From Rhizodiscina lignyota (lineage: Eukaryota), in the NCBI GenBank assembly GCA_010015805.1, contig ML978122.1:2638453-2702452 (forward strand): DNA of 64,000 bases, in the 5' to 3' direction. Under the pieces are notes generated by a model, which worked only from the letters and a program-made list of their open reading frames with translations, did no database searches and was not told the origin of the DNA. Position numbers and translations under genes: made by a program. Below, in pieces: positions 51,346 through 61,339 of this stretch (positions within the stretch are counted from its first letter, which is position 1; every line of letters starts with the position of its first letter).

Positions 51346-52157
51346 GTTCAGGCCGGGCCAATTCGTTAATTCTCAACAGAATATGATCGAGATGCGAAAT
51401 GACAAAGGAAAATGCCCACGGAGTAGGCCACGTAAAGTACCATCCAGAGAGTCAGAGCTGCGAGTATTTGGAAAAGTGAACAAAAGCGCTTTTAAGAAAG
51501 ATCTCCGTCACGGCTAGGATAAGGAGCGTCCACATCTTAGAATTTTTGGAATCACGATCCTTTTAATAAGCATATTCGAGACGCCATACCCCAAACATCT
51601 AGGTACCGAGAATCTGCGAGCGGTTCACAAAAGAGGCACACCTTGTTTCTGCTTGTGGCTTAATTTGATAAGCACAACACCCCCGGTAGGCGGTGAGAGA
51701 GAGACTAATTGGGTGATTGGATACACCTGGGCATCATCCATCTTGTGCGGAGGAGACGAACAGCTTGCTTGTTCCTAGACAACCATTCTACTTGAGCTAC
51801 TAGAGCTGACATGATTCCGTGGAATGCTGGATTCGAAGGAAAGATGACACGACGGCCGCGATCCGCCGTCGCCGTGCACATTCGGCCCGACCAACCACTC
51901 CAATCGCTCCGACGGGCCGAGTGAAAAGTTCACATCAACTGAAGCTTGAATGAACGGCGATTATTTATCACAATTACTTTATATAGTAGAGAGCGAACAT
52001 CAATGTGGGGATGTATTCAGTAATACGTGCGGCACGACGTAAATGTATTCGATCCTTGGAGCATATCAAGGTTTCGCTCGCTTAGCACACAAACATGCAC
52101 CACCAGGTAAATCAGCAATGCCCATTCTCGTACAGATAACTCCGTTTCCACAACCGC

Positions 52158-53673
52158 TTATGCAATGCACTGATCCATCTCCGTGATGTACAGCTTGATA
52201 TGCGACTCCATCTTCAGGTACTCGTCGTGCGCCGCATGCACCTCATTCTCGATGTTTTCTTTGAGATCCGCCATCTGCCTCTCGTTAGCAACTGTTCACT
52301 GGCATATGCAATGTGCAAAGGCATACCTTCTTCTCCGTCTGCTCGATCCTCACTCTCCTCCGCTCCATCTCCCTGCCCCTCTCACCCCTCTCGTCTGCTA
52401 ATTGGCGATGGACCGCTCTAAGCTCGTCCATTCTCTCCCTTGCCTTTTCCGCCCTCTCTTCAGCCGTCTTCCTTAGCTTCTCCGTCCTCGCCTGCACGTT
52501 GCCTAACTGCTTCTTCAGCAGTTTCTCCTGCCTCTCCACGTCCGTGACATTCCTTGACCTCTCGCTCAGGGCGTCCCGATGCCTAGATGCCTTCGCAGCT
52601 TCTTCCTCCTCTCTTGCAAGATCCCCGCCCAGATCATGAAGAAGCCTCGTGCACGCGCCCACATCACCAGTAACCTGCACAAACGCATCCGCACTCGCCT
52701 GAAGAGCGCGCGCCCGCCTCTCAAGCATCTCAATCTGCGCCTTCTCGTTTGCCAACACGGCGCTCAAGTCGCGCAGCTGCGCCTCCAGCGCCTGCGGGCT
52801 CTGCGCGGTATACGGTCTCAGCTTCTCCACCTCTTGCCTCGCGTTGAGACACTGCGTCGTCTTGTCCTCCAGCACGCCCCTCAGCCTGCTGACGCTGCTC
52901 TTCTCCCTCTCCATCGCCGCGGTGATGCGCTCCTGCTCGCTCTTCAGCTCCAGCAGCTTGCTCTTCAGATCCGCCGTGCGCTGTTCCTTCCTCTGCAGCG
53001 CCTGCTCCCTCGCCTTGCGCCCGGCCTCGAGCTCCGCGAGCCGCTGCTCCTTCGCTTGGTTCGCGTGGAACAGCTCGTCGACGCGCAGCTTCGTGCGCTC
53101 GCTCTTGTTGAAGTGCTCGTCGATCACGGGCGTCTGCGTCTCGCGGAAGCGGATGAAGTTGATGATGTAGCTGAACAGCTTGACCAGCCGCGGGTACGTC
53201 GGTCGGTACAGGTCGGCGAAGCTGAAATCGTGGATGCCGCACTCGCCCAGCAGCCGCCGGCAGGTGATGAAGAAGCCCATGAGGTCGCGGGTGTCGGAGG
53301 TGAAGATGCGATCCGCGTCGCTCGCGTCGCCGCACACGTCCTCGGCGGCGACGCGCATGGCCGGCGCCACGACGTCGCGCGTGGTGTTCATGAGCAGCTC
53401 GGCGAACCATTCGAAGATCTTCTGGATCTGCTGGGGGTTGGGCTTCTGGAGGTCTGCGACGGTGAAGTTGATGCCGATGTCTGAGACGCAGCCGGCGATT
53501 TCCTTGTCGGGCTGTTGGGTGGAGCTGTTAGCTTTTGCTGTCTGTGCCAGTTGGCTCTTTAGAATGCATGTTACCAATGTCATGAAAGCCTCGCTCTCGT
53601 CTTGCTGCGGGCGCCGTTGGCTGCCCACGTTCGAGGTGCTGCGCGCCATGCTCATGCGCGCGTTGAAGTCCAT
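52158..53673 (-). CDS. NUF2: Kinetochore Ndc80-complex subunit Nuf2
   Basis: [62 protein letters not shown], coiled coil, last exon [12 protein letters not shown]...[12 protein letters not shown]. Confidence 0.96.
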
Positions 53674-54082
53674 GGTTGTGGTGGCGCGCAAAGGCGCTCA
53701 AGTGCTGGGAGGGGTGTAAAGAGGCCAAAGGTGTCGCAACAGTCGCTGTAGGCAATCCGAGGATTCGTTATCGCTCTCGATTGTTATCAAGGTTGGAAGT
53801 TGATGTTGTAATAATGCAAATGCGATGCGACAACATGCCAAGAGTCAACAAAGTTCCGCTTCTGGGCAAGGCTGAATCACGTGCATTATCTGATAAGATC
53901 ATTTGTTCTGATCTACCCCATCTCGAAAGAGACATCAGTTAAAAGATTAACAACATAGCTTTCTTGCATGATAACCGTACTATACGCCGAATTACGCAAG
54001 TCAAATTACTGACCTTTCTTGCATGCATTGTACAGGCTGCATGTAGCCACGAAAACTTATCCTCAGCTCATTCTTCCATGGC

Positions 54083-54222
54083 GACCTTACTGTACGCGGA
54101 GGCATGAAAGTTTTAGCTCGCCGCTTTCTGCCACGGAGCTCGTACCGTACACGGAGGCTCAAAACCAAGCTGCTTCGCCTGCTTCCTGAAAGCTCATCCT
54201 GTACGCCGAGGCATGAAGTTAA
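54083..54222. repeat. Degenerate ~54-bp tandem repeat (3 units), probable relic of a repeat-coding gene on the minus strand
   Basis: CTGTACGCGGAGGCATGAAAGTT (54090), CCGTACACGGAGGCTCAAAACC (54145), CTGTACGCCGAGGCATGAAGTT (54199). Confidence 0.6.
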
Positions 54223-54752
54223 CTTGGCCATGCAGTACGGCCCACCTTGGCATCCACACACTGTTCATCTCGATGTTCGCATCTCAGGCGCTAGTCGTCC
54301 CTCATGTTGACTGGATCCAGCCAGGCCTCGCCAACTGGTGCATTCTCAAAGATGCGAACCGTACTTCGAAGCTCTCCTCCAACTCCCTTCCGTGCGATCA
54401 TGTGCTGCTCTCCATTAAGCTACTCCCCCTTGTGAATATATAAGTACTGTTCGACCTTCTGCGCCTCGAGGCACGACGAAACACAAGTGGCATAAATAGT
54501 TAGAGCACCAGGCACAGAGAACGTTTTCTTGAAGAAATTCTGTCTTTCAGGCTATCCAATGTAATCCTACTACCCATAGCAGGGTCGTAAGGTAACCCCA
54601 TGCCCATATCCACTTATGCCCCCACCCATCATAGGTATCATATTCCTCCCCAATGCCATCTATGCCCATCCAGAAGCAAGTTATGCAGTGAGCGTCGTCA
54701 TGTCCAACTTTTTGTCATCCACAGGTTCGCCTTCGCTCTCCACGCGAAGCGC

Positions 54753-55837
54753 TCAAGCAGCAGCCTCCTCCTTCTCGTCATGGTGCTTCTTGATGGCAGC
54801 CTCGAGCGCCTTGGGGTTCGCGCCAACGACCTCGCCGACCTTCTCGCCGTCCTTGAACAGCACGAAGGTTGGCATGGCGCGGATGCCGAGCTCCTGCGCA
54901 ACGTCCGGGACCTCGTCGACGTCGAGCTTGTAGAACTTCGCGTTGCTGTAGACGTCGGAGAACCTGTGGAGAGACGCGTCATGTCAGTGTTTGTAATTAA
55001 TACGCCGCGAGTCGAGGAATGGGTGGGCAAAGGGAGCAATGGGGGAGAGTCTGAGACGTGTCCGGAAGTGCCTCCCGATTCCGCGATGGACCAGATCTGA
55101 AGGCAGGGCGAGGAATGGACGCAAGAGATCTTTTGTGTGCCTCCCAGCGCTATGGTTCTCGCCTTTATTGGTCTGGCCGACTTCGTGCAGCGGGTCGGAT
55201 CGTTGGTTAAAGAATGCTGGGACCAAGGGATCCTAGCAGCGATCCACCGTCGAAATTGAATTGGTTGCCAGCAGTGTGCTACGGTGGCAAATGGCGTTGT
55301 TCTGCCTATCCGTGCTTCCGCCGAACATGTCGAGATTTGGCCTCCGGAGATGCAGATTACGTGTAGTTGTACAGAAGGAAAGCTTCTCGCGACTTACTTG
55401 ACGACCTGCGGAGCAATGACTTTGCAAGGGCCGCACCAGGTAGCGAAGCAGTCGAGGACCATGAGGCCCTTCTCCTCGAGAGCCTTATCGAAGTCGGCCT
55501 TCCTAAACAAATCACCAACCGTCAGCACATATCGACAAGCGCGTGAAAGAGGTACAGGCATGCAGCTCCCACCAACCCGCCCCCACCTGCGGCAGTGGAT
55601 GGTGGGCGTGTGCTGATGCAGGAATGCGGCGGGGTACAAAACGTACGTAGCGAGGTTGTGAACGCCCTTCTTGCCTTCCGTCATTGTTGCGAAGTGTCTG
55701 TTGTAGAGGACGGGTTTGTACAGGTTCTGGTGCTTGATGGACTGTAGAGATCGCGGCTTGTTTGGCAAGTTATTCGCGGTGATCCGAGCTGTTCGAGTGG
55801 CAGTGGTGAGTACGCGTGTAGTGTACGTCAATGACAT
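54753..55837 (-). CDS. trxA: Thioredoxin with an optional N-terminal mitochondrial presequence
   Basis: [11 protein letters not shown] active site; [22 protein letters not shown]; two introns (about 55503-55628 and 54964-55397); in-frame ATGs at 55837 and 55684; TATA box at about 55875-55881 on the minus strand. Confidence 0.93.
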
Positions 55838-58225
55838 GTAAGGGATATGCGGGAGAGGAGGTGGCAGAATCGCTTTTATACGCTCCGCCCCGGGCAGTGT
55901 GCTAGGTGCGTGGAATGTACGAGAGAGTTGCGTGTAGGATGGAGCTGGTAAGAGCGAGGAGATGACGGGATTTGTTGGGTTTTTGCTTAGCTTAGCTCGG
56001 CGACGTTGGTGATTAGAAAGGGTGCAAAAGATTAGAGAGGCACGGGCAAGCTAACAGCCCAATGCGCGCTGTGGCGCACCCGGGAGATTGATTTGCGATT
56101 TTGTCACTCGGCTGCTTGCCGAAGCCGGGGCCGCAAGATGACGGAGGGGAGAGCTCAAACGGGCAATGGGGGGCTTGATTGCTCTGAGGAAAGCGCGTCA
56201 CTCACCTGTCGCTGTGCAAAGTCGCTGAAGCTGCGTGGTGATTTGGTTGCGGAGTGCGTGCAGAGCTAGGATGCAAAGCAGACAGCGAGCTGCTATGAGG
56301 AATCAAGGCGTCCCCAGCTGATCGTTGCGGCATGCGGCGCCGAGTATCGCCCTGCGCGCTCGCCCGCGACTGCCTGTGCATCTGCTGCTGACAAAAGGGG
56401 AGTGTCGAGGCCTTCAAGCTGCGATTGCGTCACTGTGCCATCGCCATCGCTGAGCGCGCATCCGACCGCACGTGAGACGCATTTCCTCTCCATCTCAAGT
56501 ACCTATGTTCACTATGTTCACTGTGAGCAGACAGAGGGACATTGCGCACTGACGTTCTTTTTTGTGCCTATTAGACAGGTCTCCACTGTGTGCTCTTTGT
56601 TGTGTATATGGCGTCCACGACCGGGCGTCACTATCGCCCCGCTCTGCATCTGAGACAGTCGTCAGAACAGCGAGCATATCAGTACATCGCGTGATGTACC
56701 ACTCGCATTGCGAATCGGGCGAGTTGCATCGTCGAGATGCGTATTTGAGTACTTCTATCTCGAACGGTCCAATGGCACGTGGACGTCAGGAGAAGCACGC
56801 TGCAGTTCAGTGTCTTGGGGCGCAACTGTCGACTTCCCCTCTCTCGCCTGCGCATCGATAGCTTGCGGCCGTTACGACTCCCACTTGGATATACTCAATC
56901 AAGCTGTCCTATTAGAATTGCATACAACACGGTAGGGGAATAAGGTCGGCATTGGCGCTGGGTAATACTGCCATCACGATGCCTTTGCCGTCGGGATATT
57001 ACACTTCGGAAATGCTTCACTGGAGTTATGGACGATACCACGGAGCAGTCAGTTAGGAAAACGAAGAGCACAGAAAACACGCAATGTCCTTCAGAAGACG
57101 TGTATTAAATTTTATTTCCACTTCATCCAGTAGGAAGTACCAAGTACCGAGTACCCCAAATTCCAAATTTCTCCCCCCAAATCCATGCCCGTCCATAAGT
57201 CCTGCACCCATGACGGAGTAGCGAATGTCCAAGGTTTTCCAAATATTTTCCCATCCAATCCTCGCTGAGGAAATCCCCATATTATAATCGCATATACAAG
57301 AACCGATTCCTCCTCCCCAATCCTGTCGCTACAAACGACAACCCCATCCGTAGATGGGATACCAAAATTGCTCTAAAAGGACAGGCAGATGCATACACCG
57401 CAGGTGGTGCACCTGGAAAACACACATTTGCCAATTTTTTTGCCGAAAGGGATAAAAGTTGCGCGCAAGCATTGCACTCACTTGGTGTGCACTGCAGCGC
57501 GCCGCTCCGCGTCTGCATGCTGCCGCATGCACGACACAGACCAAGTCCCGAAACCAGAAACACCCGCTTTCTGGATAGCCAGATCCAGATGCGAACCAAA
57601 CCCCAAATTTCACCTGCAAGATACCGGGTATGACCATGTAGTGGTCCCGGCGGTCGGATTGCTCTGCCGCCGAGTGTGCGAAGACGAGTTTGGGTGTATG
57701 TTGTCCATGAGATTGCTGATATGTTGAGACAGAGACGAGTGCTGCGTGTAGATAGGCTGGCGTGATCGTAATCTTCAGACCTGAGCTGCGTGCTTGATGC
57801 TGGGTAGACTTCCTCCGACCAATTCCGCGAAAGGAAAAACAGGTTAGGAAATCTCGAGTGATGGAATTGGTGCACGTCTTGGCACCAGATCTTCGTCCCT
57901 CTCGTCTCCACAAGAACATCAGATAGGGAAAACAGTAAGGAAAAGTTGTAAGTGATAGACATGATATGGACCATTTCAATATGGAGCCATACCAGGAACA
58001 TCAAGCAAAAGGAAAAACTGCAAGGAAAGGTAAATGAGTGTGGGCGGCTGCATTTTGCAAGCCAGACAACAAAAGCAGATAATGCCTCCAAAACAAGTAA
58101 GGAAATTCAAGTGAGTGGTGTCGTCAAATCCAGCATCAAGCAGCGCAGCTTCAAGTTAGTTCAATCCGATCACGTCCAGTCTTCCCACGCAGCCTCCGCT
58201 CCGCATAAACCAACCAAACCTCCAT

Positions 58226-61200
58226 TTACAAATATGTACCGGTATTCGACGGCTCCACATTCTCATCAAAGCTCATCCTCCCCACAGGCGTAACGTCCCG
58301 ACTCAACTTCCTCGGCGTCGGCACATCGCTCCCCGCCGTACTCCCGCTCGCGCGCCGCGCAGGGATATCAAGCAGCTTGGGGCTCATCTGCTCCTTCTTC
58401 ATCTTGACGCTCGACGCGCGGGCCACGGTGACGGCTTCAGTGGGCGATGGAGTGGCGATATCGAAAGTGTCGGTGTCGTTGTCTGTTGCGGGGGAGATGG
58501 GGTCTGGCGTCTCGACTTCCTCGGTGGCGTGGAGATGGAGATGGCGGAGGTCGGCTTCTGACGGCGGCGATTCTAGGCCGTTGACAATTGCGATGGCCTT
58601 CTCCGGCGTTAGGCCTAGCGCCTCGTATTCGGTGAGGAGGCCCTCGCGCGATTTCGCATGATGCTCGCGCTGTACGAAACGAGGTGTCTTGCCTACGTCG
58701 CCAGTCTTGAGATCCGACTCTTCCACTTTTTGGATGCTCGAGCGCCTCAGATCTTCTTCGTTCTCCGTCGCCTCACCCTCATCCTCGCCATCGTAGCCAA
58801 TCCTCGGCGTCGATTTAGCCATGAGGCTGCTGCTGGGTTTCCTGCCCATGCCCTCACTCTGGCCGCTGGCGTTCCTCTCTTCAGGACCCGGAGTCAGGCG
58901 CCTGAAGTATTCGTCCTCGTCCATTCCGAGTTCCTCGTAGCTAGGGTTCTGGCTGAACTTTTGCAACCCAGAGTTGCTCACGACGCTGTTTCTGGCGCTG
59001 CGTCTGACCGACACCTTCTTCGATGGTTTGCCTGATAGCCACGACCCCTCGCTGTCTACGGATGCAAGACTCGTGGACATCAAGCCCACGCTCTTGAGCG
59101 CCTTGTCTTCATTTTCGAGACTCGGGGCATTCGATCCCGACCGAGAATCGCTGAGGAATGGCAGGCCGGGATCAAAGTTCAGCTTGCCAATTCCAGCGGA
59201 GGAGAGGCCACGGCGAACGGCGAGAGCGCTGGGAGGTAAATCTGGCGCCGGTGATGTCATGCGCGAGTCTGGCGGAGACAGAGGCAATTCGGGGAGGTCT
59301 TCGCGGAACTTGGACATGGTTCGGACAGGGGTGCCAGAACGGTCGCGGTGGCGAGATGTCGTAGCAGTGGTCGATGCAGAGCCTGTTCGTCCAACAGTGG
59401 AAGGCCGTTGTGCCTGAGAGGTGGAGTGGGAGAGGGGCTGTCGTGGTGGAGATGTCTCAGACACAGTTGAGGTCAGGATGTTTGAGGGAAGGTGGTACCG
59501 ATGCATCGACTCGCGGCTCGGATTTGAGAGGCTGACGTCTGATGGCGTCGTTATTGTTCGGCCACGCTCGGGTTCACGGTTCCGTAGCGAAGGGCCGCGT
59601 TTGAAGAACGAAATGAAGCCCCGGGATGAGCGGCGACTGCTTGATCGTGACGTCTGCGCTTCGCCTTTGGACGGTGACGATGGCAGTGGCGGAAGAGCTT
59701 CGACGGATTCAGGCGAATCGGTCGATTTCGGTTGTTGTGGTGATGTAGGTACTCGCGTGAGTCTCGGGGTGGACGACGTAGCTGTGATTAATTCTGCTTC
59801 GCGTCCAAGCGACAAGGCTGAACCCTGTGGACGATGAGCGGGATGAATGTTGAGCAGAGCCTCTTCGCTTAAAGGTCCTCCAAGACGAAGTTGCTCTGCC
59901 AGACTGCTGCCCGGCTCGTCCAAGTCGGTATTAAGCTGTAGTGCTTTTGAATAGTCGAGATAAGACTCCTTCCTGACGGCTTCCTGGTTGCCGGTAGACG
60001 TCTGGAGCTTCGGCAACTGTCTCGTATTCGAAATCTTGTCGCCCAGGTGCTTCTCGAGGTCCTTCTTCTTGAATTTGGGGCTCTCGAGCCCGGCCAAGCT
60101 CGTAGGTCCAATGACGTCCTTCTTCTTCTTTTGCTTCGGACTCTCAACCTCTGTCAAATTTGGAGATTCAATGCCCAATCCAAGATGCTTGTCGAGGTCT
60201 TTCCTCTTCCTCTTCGAAGGACTTGCCTCGACTTCCATACCGGCTTCCTTCAGCCTTTGCTTCTCGGCCTTGCGCGCGAGTTTCCTCTTAAGACGTTCCG
60301 TTTCCTTTGCTATCTTCGCGTCTTTACGTCGTCGGTCGCGCTCGAGAGCGGCGCGAATGTCGCTGGAGTCGAGGTCGTCTGCAAGCTCATCGACTGTCTT
60401 CTTCCCCTTCAGAATATCTTTCGTCGGTGGGGGTCTTCGATTCTGGCTTCGTGAATCAACACGTCGTGAATCTGTTTGCGAAACGAGCGCTTGTGGGTTC
60501 AGTCCGCCTTGGGAATGAGAGTTGAAGGATGAGCGGATCAGAGGGCGAGGAGCGAACACGTCGAGTCTCGAGAGATGGTAAGAGTAAGGATCGGAATTGC
60601 CTGACATGGAAGAGTGGATTGAATCTTCCATCGGCAGCGAAATGTCGGACTCGGGTCGCTCGAAGCGCCTGTTCATTCCATTGCGCACTCTCTTGCTCTC
60701 CCTCCTGAGAATGCCAGAATTGTATGTTGCTGGCCTCTTGCCAACGTTGACAGGAGCGCTCATCGCTCGAATCTCCTCCTCGCGGATGTGATCGTCTTTC
60801 CTGCGCTTTGTGCTTTTTCGCTTTGGCAGGCCAACGTCTTGCGCAGCGCGCTTGCTCGACTGGTGTTGCAGTTTGCCGGGTGTATATCGTTGGCTTGCCA
60901 TGCTGGTGTGTGATAGGGAGTGCAGGTGGAAATTGTAGGGTATGTCTGCATTGTCTTGCGTGGCAGGTCTCAAGTGCGGACTGACATTGAGCTCCCTGCT
61001 GCCTGGTAGCGCCGTGATGTCTTCTCTGCTGCTTCCTCGAAAATAGAGGTATTTGTGGCGATAGTGCTCTGGAGGCTCCTCCCCTGAAGAGCGCGTGCCT
61101 GTCCCGACGGGTGAGTTGTCGGACGTATCCTTTCCCAGGTCGACGATTTTCATGCCGTTGCCCGTCGATCGCGCTGACTCTCGCCTGCGTTGGGCGTAAT

Positions 61201-61339
61201 GGGGAGCAGAGCGTTTCGAGCTGCTGGAGGTGCGCTGCATGGCATCTCCTTGCTGCACGTTTTGTTTTTCGCTACGCTCGACGGCGTGAGGACCGTCCAT
61301 CCTGGACTCGCTGCGACGCTTGCGTCCGAACCAACCCAT
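58226..61339 (-). CDS. 1037-aa intronless S/P/R/K-rich hypothetical protein
   Basis: Long uninterrupted ORF with ordered-looking blocks (EDITALP..L..SPHLRP, REEEIRAMS, LADDLD...IR..LERD.RR, SKFREDLPE.PLSPPDSR, SLASVDSEGSWLSGKP); starts MGWFG. Confidence 0.8.
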   Translation of the reverse strand: MGWFGRKRRSESRMDGPHAVERSEKQNVQQGDAMQRTSSSSKRSAPHYAQRRRESARSTGNGMKIVDLGKDTSDNSPVGTGTRSSGEEPPEHYRHKYLYFRGSSREDITALPGSRELNVSPHLRPATQDNADIPYNFHLHSLSHTSMASQRYTPGKLQHQSSKRAAQDVGLPKRKSTKRRKDDHIREEEIRAMSAPVNVGKRPATYNSGILRRESKRVRNGMNRRFERPESDISLPMEDSIHSSMSGNSDPYSYHLSRLDVFAPRPLIRSSFNSHSQGGLNPQALVSQTDSRRVDSRSQNRRPPPTKDILKGKKTVDELADDLDSSDIRAALERDRRRKDAKIAKETERLKRKLARKAEKQRLKEAGMEVEASPSKRKRKDLDKHLGLGIESPNLTEVESPKQKKKKDVIGPTSLAGLESPKFKKKDLEKHLGDKISNTRQLPKLQTSTGNQEAVRKESYLDYSKALQLNTDLDEPGSSLAEQLRLGGPLSEEALLNIHPAHRPQGSALSLGREAELITATSSTPRLTRVPTSPQQPKSTDSPESVEALPPLPSSPSKGEAQTSRSSSRRSSRGFISFFKRGPSLRNREPERGRTITTPSDVSLSNPSRESMHRYHLPSNILTSTVSETSPPRQPLSHSTSQAQRPSTVGRTGSASTTATTSRHRDRSGTPVRTMSKFREDLPELPLSPPDSRMTSPAPDLPPSALAVRRGLSSAGIGKLNFDPGLPFLSDSRSGSNAPSLENEDKALKSVGLMSTSLASVDSEGSWLSGKPSKKVSVRRSARNSVVSNSGLQKFSQNPSYEELGMDEDEYFRRLTPGPEERNASGQSEGMGRKPSSSLMAKSTPRIGYDGEDEGEATENEEDLRRSSIQKVEESDLKTGDVGKTPRFVQREHHAKSREGLLTEYEALGLTPEKAIAIVNGLESPPSEADLRHLHLHATEEVETPDPISPATDNDTDTFDIATPSPTEAVTVARASSVKMKKEQMSPKLLDIPARRASGSTAGSDVPTPRKLSRDVTPVGRMSFDENVEPSNTGTYL

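Noticed and set aside
52579..53484. 301-aa and other overlapping ORFs in NUF2
   Set aside because: Explained by extreme GC3 removing stop codons in other frames.
54083..54222. CRISPR-like repeat-spacer pattern
   Set aside because: Eukaryotic context, degenerate repeats, related 'spacers' and no cas genes.
57282..58091. 269-aa and 216-aa minus-strand ORFs
   Set aside because: Cys/Trp/Phe-rich random-looking composition with no motifs; position fits the 3' UTR of the 58226-61339 gene.
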